Assembly: GCF_009914755.1 (NCBI RefSeq) | Contig: NC_060925.1 | DNA from: the human T2T-CHM13v2.0 reference genome, Homo sapiens | DNA: 64,000 nucleotides | Reading direction: 5' to 3' (one strand) | Part shown: positions 20,301 to 32,810 of the stretch, piece after piece | Layout of the letters: the number at the start of each line of letters is the position of its first letter | Position numbering within the stretch: the stretch's first letter is position 1 | The notes under the pieces: generated by a model | What the model was told of the DNA's origin: nothing | Database searches by the model: none | The model's input: only the letters and a program-made list of their open reading frames with translations | Position numbers and translations under genes: made by a program

Positions 20301-23300
20301 GGTGACTCAGAATGGAGCAGGTGGCCAGGGGTGACTCAGAATGGAGCAGGTGACCAGGGGTGACTCAGAATGGAGCAGGCGGCCAGGGGTGACTCAGAAT
20401 GGAGCAGGTGGCCAGGGGTGACTCAGAATGGAGCAGGTGACCAGGGGTGACTCAGAATGGAGCAGGTGGCCAGGGGTGACTCAGAATGGAGCAGGCGGCC
20501 AGGGGTGACTCAGAATGGAGCAGGTGACCAGGGGTGACTCAGAATGGAGCAGGTGGCCAGGGGTGACTCAGAATGGAGCAGGTGGCCAGGGGTGACTCAG
20601 AATGGAGCAGGTGACCAGGGGTGACTCAGAATGGAGCAGGCGGCCAGGGGTGACTCAGAATGGAGCAGGCGGCCAGGGGTGACTCAGAATGGAGCAGGTG
20701 ACCAGGGGTGACTCAGAATGGAGCAGGTGACCAGGGGTGACTCAGAATGGAGCAGGTGACCAGGGGTGACTCAGAATGGAGCAGGCGGCCAGGGGTGACT
20801 CAGAATGGAGCAGGTGACCAGGGGTGACTCAGAATGGAGCAGGTGGCCAGGGGTGACTCAGAATGGAGCAGGTGGCCAGGGGTGACTCAGAATGGAGCAG
20901 GTGACCAGGGGTGACTCAGAATGGAGCAGGTGGCCAGGGGTGACTCAGAATGGAGCAGGTGGCCAGGGGTGACTCAGAATGGAGCAGGTGACCAGGGGTG
21001 ACTCAGAATGGAGCAGGCGGCCAGGGGTGACTCAGAATGGAGCAGGTGACCAGGGGTGACTCAGAATGGAGCAGGTGACCAGGGGTGACTCAGAATGGAG
21101 CAGGTGACCAGGGGTGACTCAGAATGGAGCAGGCGGCCAGGGGTGACTCAGAATGGAGCAGGTGGCCAGGGGTGACTCAGAATGGAGCAGGTGGCCAGGG
21201 GTGACTCAGAATGGAGCAGGTGACCAGGGGTGACTCAGAATGGAGCAGGTGACCAGGGGTGACTCAGAATGGAGCAGGCGACCAGGGGTGACTCAGAATG
21301 GAGCAGGCGGCCAGGGGTGACTCAGAATGGAGCAGGTGGCCAGGGGTGACTCAGAATGGAGCAGGTGGCCAGGGGTGACTCAGAATGGAACAGGTGACCA
21401 GGGGTGACTCAGAATGGAGCAGGTGACCAGGGGTGACTCAGAATGGAGCAGGCGACCAGGGGTGACTCAGAATGGAGCAGGCGGCCAGGGGTGACTCAGA
21501 ATGGAGCAGGTGGCCAGGGGTGACTCAGAATGGAGCAGGTGGCCAGGGGTGACTCAGAATGGAGCAGGTGACCAGGGGTGACTCAGAATGGAGCAGGTGA
21601 CCAGGGGTGACTCAGAATGGAGCAGGTGACCAGGGGTGACTCAGAATGGAGCAGGCGGCCAGGGGTGACTCAGAATGGAGCAGGTGGCCAGGGGTGACTC
21701 AGAATGGAGCAGGTGGCCAGGGGTGACTCAGAATGGAGCAGGCGACCAGGGGTGACTCAGAATGGAGCAGGCGACCAGGGGTGACTCAGAATGGAGCAGG
21801 CGGCCAGGGGTGACTCAGAATGGAGCAGGCGGCCAGGGGTGACTCAGAATGGAGCAGGCGGCCAGGGGTGACTCAGAATGGAGCAGGCGGCCAGGGGTGA
21901 CTCAGAATGGAGCAGGCGGCCAGGGGTGACTCAGAATGGAGCAGGCGGCCAGGGGTGACTCAGAATGGAGCAGGTGACCAGGGGTGACTCAGAATGGAGC
22001 AGGCGGCCAGGGGTGACTCAGAATGGAGCAGGTGGCCAGGGGTGACTCAGAATGGAGCAGGTGGCCAGGGGTGACTCAGAATGGAGCAGGTGACCAGGGG
22101 TGACTCAGAATGGAGCAGGTGACCAGGGGTGACTCAGAATGGAGCAGGTGACCAGGGGTGACTCAGAATGGAGCAGGCGGCCAGGGGTGACTCAGAATGG
22201 AGCAGGTGGCCAGGGGTGACTCAGAATGGAGCAGGCGACCAGGGGTGACTCAGAATGGAGCAGGTGACCAGGGGTGACTCAGAATGGAGCAGGCGGCCAG
22301 GGGTGACTCAGAATGGAGCAGGCGGCCAGGGGTGACTCAGAATGGAGCAGGTGACCAGGGGTGACTCAGAATGGAGCAGGTGACCAGGGGTGACTCAGAA
22401 TGGAGCAGGCGGCCAGGGGTGACTCAGAATGGAGCAGGCGGCCAGGGGTGACTCAGAATGGAGCAGGTGGCCAGGGGTGACTCAGAATGGAGCAGGTGAC
22501 CAGGGGTGACTCAGAATGGAGCAGGCGGCCAGGGGTGACTCAGAATGGAGCAGGTGGCCAGGGGTGACTCAGAATGGAGCAGGCGGCCAGGGGTGACTCA
22601 GAATGGAGCAGGTGGCCAGGGGTGACTCAGAATGGAGCAGGTGACCAGGGGTGACTCAGAATGGAGCAGGCGACCAGGGGTGACTCAGAATGGAGCAGGC
22701 GACCAGGGGTGACTCAGAATGGAGCAGGCGGCCAGGGGTGACTCAGAATGGAGCAGGTGGCCAGGGGTGACTCAGAATGGAGCAGGTGGCCAGGGGTGAC
22801 TCAGAATGGAGCAGGCGGCCAGGGGTGACTCAGAATGGAGCAGGTGACCAGGGGTGACTCAGAATGGAGCAGGCGGCCAGGGGTGACTCAGAATGGAGCA
22901 GGTGGCCAGGGGTGACTCAGAATGGAGCAGGCGACCAGGGGTGACTCAGAATGGAGCAGGCGACCAGGGGTGACTCAGAATGGAGCAGGCGGCCAGGGGT
23001 GACTCAGAATGGAGCAGGTGACCAGGGGTGACTCAGAATGGAGCAGGCGGCCAGGGGTGACTCAGAATGGAGCAGGTGGCCAGGGGTGACTCAGAATGGA
23101 GCAGGTGGCCAGGGGTGACTCAGAATGGAGCAGGTGACCAGGGGTGACTCAGAATGGAGCAGGTGACCAGGGGTGACTCAGAATGGAGCAGGTGACCAGG
23201 GGTGACTCAGAATGGAGCAGGTGACCAGGGGTGACTCAGAATGGAGCAGGTGACCAGGGGTGACTCAGAATGGAGCAGGCGACCAGGGGTGACTCAGAAT

Positions 23301-23528
23301 GGAGCAGGCGACCAGGGGTGACTCAGAATGGAGCAGGCGACCAGGGGTGACTCAGAATGGAGCAGGCGGCCAGGGGTGACTCAGAATGGAGCAGGCGGCC
23401 AGGGGTGACTCAGAATGGAGCAGGTGACCAGGGGTGACTCAGAATGGAGCAGGTGACCAGGGGTGACTCAGAATGGAGCAGGTGACCAGGGGTGACTCAG
23501 AATGGAGCAGGTGACCAGGGGTGACTCA
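17393..23528. promoter_or_regulatory. Homotypic AP-1 (TRE, TGACTCA) cluster, 212 perfect sites; candidate enhancer
   Basis: One TGACTCA per unit (211) plus one at 17393-17399, and a TGATTCA variant at 17403. Function is inferred, not shown. Confidence 0.7.
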
Positions 23529-23546
23529 GAATGGAGCAGGTGACCA
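17428..23546 (+). repeat. 29-bp minisatellite/VNTR, 211 units: GGGGTGACTCAGAATGGAGCAGG(T/C)G(G/A)CCA
   Basis: First TGACTCA at 17432, last at 23522; the difference 6090 = 210x29, so there are no net indels. A partial unit lies at 17415-17427. Confidence 0.99.
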
Positions 23547-24124
23547 GGGGAATAGACGTTAACTACTGATTAGAACTGTTGGAAAAGGTTGTTTAGTGAA
23601 ACTAGGGCTGAGGAGAACGAGGAAGTTCAACTTTAAAATGGAGAACAAAGAACTGAACATACTGACATACTGATTCTTTGAAGAGAAATTTAGAACTCAC
23701 TGTATTCAACAAATTATTATTTTTGCTTTTAAGTGTCTGTGGAATTCACCGGTGATCCACCTGCCTCAGCCTCCCAAAGTGCTGGGATTACAGGCGTGAG
23801 CCATTGTGCCCGGCCAAGAACAGCCTTCCATTTCTACCTTGCCTGTAGCCTCCCAAACCAAAATACGGGTCTCAACACCTGGTCCTTGATCTCCTTGACT
23901 CCCGTTGGACCCAAGAAGTATGGCTTCTCTCCCCTTTCCTCTGGTGGATGGCCCTGGACACAACCCACCTCACACTAACAGAGACAGAGGGGTGGTCCAA
24001 GGGAAGTGAGTGAGAAGTTACCTGCAGAAGAGGGAACTTTTGAGAGAAGGAACCAGGTAGCTGTGAGGCCCTTGAAAACAGAAGGCTGTCAAGGCAGATT
24101 TGAAGGGAGAATATATGTGAATTA

Positions 24125-24462
<338 letters not shown>

Positions 24463-24714
24463 AGAAAGGAAGAAAGGAAGGGAAGGGGAAAAGAAGGGAA
24501 GGGAAGGGAAGGGAAGGGAAGGGAAAGAAGGAAAGGAAGGGAAGGAAGGAAGGGAAAGGAAGAAAGGAAGGGAAGGGAAAAGAAGGGAAGGGAAGGAAGG
24601 AAAGGAAGGGAAGGAAGGAAGGGAAGGGAAGGAAGGAAGGAAGGAAAGGAAGGGAAGGAAGGAAAGGAAGGGAAGGAGGGAAGGGAAGGAAGGAAGGAAG
24701 AAAGGAAGGAGAAA
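24463..24714 (+). repeat. (GGAA/GGGAA)n polypurine tract, 252 bp
   Basis: Only A and G from 24463 to 24714. Confidence 0.97.
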
Positions 24715-25308
24715 CTAGGAATAGGGAGAGGATAAAGAAATTTTAGTTTTTGAAAAAGCTGTGTTAAGCTAATCAAGTCACATGAGATCATGCAGAGATG
24801 TGGCTACCATAGTATCTAAAGAAAAGGACTCTGAGGCAGGCAGCCTGCCTGGGTTCAAATCCTGCCTCCCCCACTTATTCACTGTGCAATCTTGGGCAAG
24901 TTACCTAACCTCTGCCTCAGTTTCCTCATTTGTGATGGTTGTTGTAAGGATCAAGTTATTGCACGTAAAGTACTTAAAACAACTCCTGGCCCATTAAGCA
25001 CAAGAGACCTGTGTTTTGTTCTTGTACTATCTTCCTCTTCATCATTATGTACCTATAAATTAACTAACCTGGATGTTACTGGCATTTCAAGATTTCCTTG
25101 CACAGTGCTAAAAGTCACTGTTCAAATTGTGCTCACAATCTGTGCACTCTTATCAGAATATGGGCAAGAAGTTGGACAGAGTTGCCCTACTAGAGAAAGT
25201 GGGTATATAGAGAACATCTTTTACATATTTGCATTGGGGCTGTCTTTCATCACAATGGGAGCAGAATTTGACAGGCAGTAGGGTGGATGAGGTGCAGCTC
25301 CACACTAA

Positions 25309-25665
<357 letters not shown>

Positions 25666-27384
25666 CATCAGGCTCCCTCTAACACGTGTTTACATTTAAT
25701 CATTCGATTTGCATAAATCTAGCTTCTTGCCTGCCCTAGACATGTGTGGCTTTGTTGCAAAGCTAGACATGCTTTAAAATTAATTTGAAATGCATGTAAC
25801 TTTTGCTATCCCAAAGATGGTAATATAGCTGCATAGCATTCCTAGAGACCTCCAACACTTCCTTCCTTCCCGAACAGAGCATTTAACTCTCTTCTCAAAC
25901 TACCGACTGTCTGGGGCGGTGTGCCATGATGCCCCGGGGGAAGCTCCGTGGATCTGGAAGGCAACTCGGGACATCTGGTCTGGCCAGCCCACCCACGTAA
26001 TGCATTCAGCAGACCTGCCCCCTACACAGAGGGCTGAGCCTCTGAGCTCCCACAGGCTCTACCTTATAAGCAAAGACTGAAGAGTCTTTGTTCATAAGGA
26101 AGAGAGAAGAAAGAAAAGAAGCAATTAAACAGAATTGCAGGAGCTCCTAGAGTCTGTCAGTTTCTTCAGAGCCACGCCAGGGTCTCACCTATCTTTGTAG
26201 GCTGCTCAGTAGAAGTGAGGCACCCAGTGGGTGCTGGCTGAGGTCTCCTCTCCCTCGGCAAGGTCCCTTCTGATGGCCTCCCTCCTCCATCTGCAACAAT
26301 CCCCCGCACCCCTGTGGGCTTCCTTCTTCCCACCACCTCTGCATGCTGGGCCCTCTGGGTTCTGTCTTCTTCCTATTGGAAGCTCCCTTTCCAAATGACC
26401 TCCTGTCCTCTGCTGGCCCAGACCTCCCCTTATGTGCTGTGAATCCCCCATCTCCAACTCCAGCCCAGTCTCTCTTCTCAACATGCAGTGGCCGCTTCCA
26501 TCCATGTCCCCCAGGCATCCTAAATTCAGCACTTCCAAAACTGGAATTCACAGGTTTCCCAAATGCACTTGCACGCCTGGGTTCCTCATCCAGCCCAAGA
26601 CACCACCTTTCCCCGACTCGCTCTGTCTAAAACCCGAGTCTTCTTCGACTTCCTTCCCTCTTTCCCTCGTGCCTAACGATAGTAATAGTATTGCTCATAT
26701 GCATTGAGTACATCCAGTGTGCTAGACAGCATACGAATCCCCAGCAGTTTCCTTTGATACACCTACTACATGAGGCAGGTACTATTATCAACAGCATTTT
26801 ATGGATGAGGAAGTGGGGTGCAGAGAGCTGGCTCGAGGGGGCAGAGCTGGTGGAGAGCTGGACTGAGACTGGGATCTGTTTGATTCCAGAGCTTGAGCCT
26901 TTTGCACCACTCTGCTCCATCTTTGACCGCCACACACCCTAAAAACAAAACAAAACCCAAAACACTCCACCACTGAACAATTTTGGTGACCACCGTCCCA
27001 CCTCTGGGAGGGCTGGGAGTCCCCAGAAAACACAGAAGTAGCTCCCAGGCCCGTAATTCACCCCAACATTTTTGGTTCTAGAAACCTGGCAAAGCAGCCA
27101 CATTGGCCCAAGCCAGCGACACCGCGCGGCCCCGCGCTTCCCACAGCCCTGGGCCCGGCAAGGCTGAAATCAAGTCTAGAAGATGGCAAGGTGGGAAGGA
27201 ACGCTCCTCTTTCATCTTGCTTCAGAGAAAACCTTCGCCAGTCTCAGCATCATCAGTACACACGTGGCCTGCTCTTCAGCGGATCTCACCAGTAACACCT
27301 TCTGGCATTTGGGCTAGAGACCGGGCCCCTGAGGCCGCCCTGGGAAGCCTGAGGTGTGGAGGGGGATTCAGGATGTGCCTCTGT

Positions 27385-28283
27385 TCCTGTATGTGCAAGT
27401 GTGAGTATGAGTGTGTGTGTGAATGTGGAGGTGGGTGAGTGCATGAATGTGTGTGTGTGAATTTGAGTGTCATGTGGGTGTCTCTGTATGCATGTGTGTG
27501 TGTACATGGTGTCTTTGTATGCATGTGTGTGTGTGGGTGTTGTGTGTATGTGTACGTGTGTGCATGTGTATGTAAATGTAATTCTGTGGGTGTGTGTGTG
27601 AGTATATGTGTCAGAGTGTCATGTGGGTACATGGGAGTGTTGTGTGGGTGTGAGTGTGTGAGTGCTATGTGAGTGTGTGGTGTGTGTGTTTGTGTGTTAT
27701 GTAGGTGTGTTTGTGGGTGTTGTATGTGTGAAGGTGGCCGTGTATGTGGGTGAGTGTTATGTGGGGGTGAGTATGTGTACGCGTGGGTGAGTGTGGGTGA
27801 GTGTTGTGTTATGTGGGTGTGAGTGTGCATGAGTGTGTGAGTGCTATGTGTGTGGTGTGAGTGTGTTTGTGTGAGAGTGTTATGTGGGTGTCTGTGGGTG
27901 TTGCGTGTGTGAATGTGGATGTGCATGTGGGTGAGTGTTACGTGGGTGTGAGTGTGTGTGGTGTGAGTGTATGTGTGAGTGTTATGTGGGTGTTTGTGGG
28001 TGTTGTGTGTGTGAATGTGGATGTGCATGTGGGTGAGTGTTATGTGGGTGTATGTGTATGCGTGGGTGAGTGTGGTGAGTGTTGTGTCAGTGTGAGTGTC
28101 CATGAGTGTGTGGTGTGTGTGAGTGCTATGTGAGTGTGTGTGTGGGGTCTGAGTGTGTGTGAGAGTGTTATGTGTGTGTTGTGTGTGTGAATGTGGCTGT
28201 GCATGTGTGTTATGTGGGTGTATGTGTATGCGTGGGTGAGTGTGGGGAGTGTGAGTGTGCATGAGTGTGCATGAGTGTGTGGG
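27385..28283 (+). repeat. Degenerate TG-rich tract (~900 bp) with internal sub-duplications
   Basis: GTGT-rich; repeated GAATGTGGATGTGCATGTGGGTGAGTGTTA blocks. Confidence 0.95.
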
Positions 28284-29946
28284 CACAGAATTTATCTGAT
28301 CCCAAACCATTTTCACACCTACTCTCCCATTCGGAGGCCCATTAAAGGCCCCCCAAGCACTCCCCTGTCCCTCCCGCCTGTGGAAGGGCCGCTCCTGCTC
28401 TGAGGTCTTCTAGCACAGCCCATCTTGCACAGTGGCCATTTCCTGCTTGCATGGTAGTTATTTGTACCATTGTCTCTGCTCCTTCTAACTGGACGTCTCC
28501 TGAGGACAACCCAGCGTCCGGTCTGTCGTTGTCTTCCCGAAGCCACCAGCACACAGTAGGTGCTCAACAAATAGCTGGTGAAGGCTGGGCACGGTGGCTC
28601 ACACCTGTAATCCCAGCACTTTGGGAGGCCAAGATACGAGGATTCCTTAAGCCCAGGAGTTCGAGACCAGCCTGGTCAACATAGCGAAGCCCCGTCTCTG
28701 TTTAAAATGTATATAACTGGTGAACTCGTATCAACCCACCCCCCAGCTCAGTGTTCTCCACAGAGTCCTTGGGGGTGTTTTCTCTCCCCTACATTTCTGC
28801 TTTCAGCCCCAGAAACACCTGCCCCGGCAGCCTGGGGTGGGTGGGTGGGACAGCAGCTCCCTGCAGGCTTTGGTGAGGGTGGCCCCACCCGGAACTCCAC
28901 ATGAGGTCAACCTCCCTGGTCTGCAAGTCATCACAGAGAGGCTGAGAACCTGGCTGAGGCACTGGAGGGGCCGTGCGCGGTGACGGGACGCGCTCAGCCT
29001 TCTAGGGGCCTCAGTTTCCCCTCTTGGCACTAGGAGCAGCACCTTCCCACCCACTTCACAGGCCGTTGCAAGATGATAGCGGCGGCAGCTTTTGAAAAGC
29101 TCTGAATGATATCAGACAACAAATCACAGCACTGAAAAAACAGGTCTAGTGCTTTCGGTGTGAGAAAAGGTTATTTTTCAGTGTGCTGAAATACTGTACG
29201 GCAATTAAGTTGCTGAAGATGGATTTGAATGAACTAAAACTTAAACGTGGCAGAGAGAAAGCAGCCTGAGGCATGGCTGACTCTGCTCTTTGGTGTGGAA
29301 ATGAAGCCCAGCGGCCTGGGGCTTGGCCTTTGTAGATCAGCCTCCGAAGGTGAAGCTGGAATGAGGGAAGGCATCTGCCCCCAACACCAGGTGTCTGAGG
29401 CTCTGGCCCCACCCCACAAAAGGGAGACACTCTCCAGCAAAGCTGCCGCTAAGCAGGGGCTCGGCGGTGACTGCAGCTGGTGCATCTTTTCTTGTTTCCG
29501 TTTTGCTGTGGTCACTTGATTTTAGAAGTTGCTGGAGGTACCTGTCCACCCCCTCCTCAGACAAGGGGCTGGGTTGGTTTGCAGGTAGAATCACTTTCCC
29601 TTTTCTCTGGACTTGATTTTCAGGCCAGTGGACTTGCGCAGCCTTTGTTTTGGCTGTTGTCCCTTCTCTAGTCCTTGCTATGTTGCTGAATATTAGCACA
29701 GTATTTGTAAGGGAGGGTGGGTTGGAGTAGAATGAAAATTCAACCATTTTTGCCTGACAGCAGATTTGATAGAAGTTTTAGTAGAGGAGAAGTTAGAATT
29801 TAACTCATGATTCATTAAATATATGTTTTCTATATTTCTTCTTATAAGAGATTTTCGACATCAATCATGTATCAAAGAACAGAATATACAATTTCCATTT
29901 TGTCAGTTTTATCCAATTCATCCACATCATGCAGAAACAGAAGTTT

Positions 29947-29960
29947 CCAGTAGATGGCGC
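29947..29960 (+). promoter_or_regulatory. CTCF-type core motif CCAGTAGATGGCGC
   Basis: Close match to the CTCF core CCASYAGRKGGCRS in non-Alu, locally CpG-containing sequence. Confidence 0.65.
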
Positions 29961-30378
29961 CAAAGTCTGTCTTTTCTCCGCCTCCCTGCGCGCTCTTCGT
30001 TGTTTCAAGATCCGCACATCAACCAACCCTCCAGAAAATGACATTTCTTTATCAGCGCAGACCAGCACGAGGTGCTCTCCACAGCAGAAAATCCCAGTAA
30101 GATGTCTGGCAAGAAAAATAGCCCCAAGAGTTGTAGCCCTGGGCAGTAAAACCAGAAGCCAGGAATCCTGGTTTCCAAACAGTTGATGGGTTTTGTGCCA
30201 GTTCAGTTTTGAAGCAACGGCCCTGCGGTACTGAGGGTCAGAGCCGTCTCCCATCTGCTCCCTCTCTTCCTCCCACTGGCCCCCATGGAAGCAGCTGCCC
30301 AAGCTTCTTGAGAAGGTGAGTGCCGGAACTCCAGGACAGGAAGAAGACTCTAAGCTTGGTCTTAAAAGACCACAAAGC

Positions 30379-30890
30379 GGCCTGGCGCGGTGGCTCACGC
30401 CTGTAATTCCAACACTTTGGGAGGCCGAGGCGGGCTGATCACGAGGTCAGGAGATCGAGATCGTCCTGGCTAACACGGTGAAACCTCGTCTCTACTAAAA
30501 ATACAAAAAATTAGCCGGGCGTGGTTGCAGGCGCCTGTAGTCCCAGCTACTCGGGAGGCTGAGGCAGGAGAATGGCCTGAACCCGGGAGGTGGAGCTTGC
30601 AGTGAGCTTGCTGGATCACTCCAGCCTGGGCGACAGAGCGAGCCTCCATCTCAAAAACAAACAAACAAAAAACACCACAAAGCATGAGATCCAACAGCCT
30701 GGGCAACATGGCGAGGCCTTGTCTCTAGAACAAAATTTTAAATTAAAAAAATTAGCCAGACATAGTGGTGTGCTTGAGCCGTAGAGGTCAAAGCTGCAGT
30801 GAGCTGTGATTATGCCACTGCATTCCAGCCTGGGCAATAGAGTAAGACCCTGTCTCAACAAACAAACAAACAAAAAGCCAAACAAACAAA
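30379..30890 (+). mobile_element. AluY-like element (30379-30670) followed by an internally deleted Alu
   Basis: Alu motifs, TSD ACCACAAAGC. Confidence 0.9.
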
Positions 30891-31215
30891 ACCCCACGAG
30901 ATCCTAAGGTTCCCATGGCCTTTCTTCTTGCACTGGGCCCATGACTCTGCCTCAGGCTGTGACCGGGACATGAATGGAGAGGAAGGAAAGGGAAATGGTA
31001 AAGGGGGCAGGATTGTCTCCAAGTACTTCCCCAGGTCCAGGGGAAGAGGGCTGGCAGGTGAGGAAACCAGAGAATGGGAAACCCAGGCTGAACCCTGATG
31101 TTGAGCCCGAACGCTGATGCACTGCCGTCTGTGTGCATAGCACAGTGAAAACTGCAAAGAGATGTGGTTCCTGGCCTCCAGGAATTAACGATCAGGTGGA
31201 AAGAAAGTTCATTCC

Positions 31216-31415
31216 ACCCAGGGATGCGTTGGAGCCAGCTAGCACCTTTGAGCTGATTGTGCACGTCTCTACACAATGACACCATGACGTTGTGTCAGTA
31301 GTTTCAAATCCGCCATGTGGCAGTATTCACACCAGAGAAATCAGCGAACTCCACAAATCAGGGCTCCCTCCACTCCCCCAGAGCTGAACTTTAAACATTT
31401 ACCTGCATGCTGGTG
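31216..31415 (+). mobile_element. hAT DNA transposon remnant (MER63-like)
   Basis: GGAGCCAGCT...GAGCTGATTGTG and ...AAACATTTACCTGCATGC ends recalled from MER63. Confidence 0.4.
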
Positions 31416-31880
31416 ACTCTGCCTCACTATAGCACAAACTGCTTAAATAAAGGTGGGGCGGGACATTTGGTCACAGTCGGGAAGCAGTTGAAAGTGTCAT
31501 GGGTTTGAGTCTAAGGTCAAGCTCTTCCGCTGATTGACTATCTGACCCTGATTATCTCCACCTCAGCCTCTGCCTCTCTTTAATGAGACTGATGCTATCT
31601 ACCCTAGTTAGTTACAGAGTGGCTGGGAGGCTTAAATGAGATCGGTCTGTGTGGATACTATGTAAATTATAATGGATTTTATCAAGGTAATAGATGCAGC
31701 TTTAAAACATTCATAAAATTATGAGAATGAGGCCTACCAAATCCCAGTTTCATAAGGATACATATGATAATGCATATTTGTTTGATTTCCCATTTATTTA
31801 ATAACACTTATTGACACTACCCATATGCTAGACGCTGCTAGTTGGGCAGTCTTAAGAGAAGATGTAAAAACACTTTGTAG

Positions 31881-32810
<930 letters not shown>

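Larger units (their letters stand above)
17077..23711 (-). mobile_element. Solo LTR of LTR10 family (HERV-I/ERV1; LTR10A-like) with massively expanded internal VNTR
   Basis: Termini TGTTG(17077)...CAACA(23711), flanked by 4-bp TSD AATT (17073-17076, 23712-23715). Minus strand begins TGTTGAATACAGTGAGTTCTAAATTTCTCTTCAAAGAATCAGTATGTCAGTATG and ends GAGTGCTATTTCTTTTGCAGCACCAAAAATTTATTTACAACA, matching LTR10 as I recall it. Non-array portion is 516 bp. Confidence 0.88.

Noticed and set aside
17428-23546. CRISPR-like array (29-bp repeats)
   Set aside because: Units are directly adjacent with no unique spacers and no cas genes; the context is eukaryotic and inside an LTR
17428-23546. Repeat-encoded protein
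   Set aside because: 29 is not a multiple of 3 and TGA occurs in each unit on both strands, so every frame stops within 87 nt
17428-23546. CTCF or NRF2 (ARE) array
   Set aside because: GGAGCAGGTGGCC lacks the 5' CC of the CTCF core; TGACTCAGAA lacks the GC required for an ARE
27276-28316. 346-aa His/Thr-rich ORF (and similar ORFs at 5891-6532)
   Set aside because: Translation of TG/CA low-complexity sequence
27110-30070. CpG island/promoter
   Set aside because: Only short CpG-rich patches (27115-27160, 28970-29090, 29955-30070); not sustained enough to call an island
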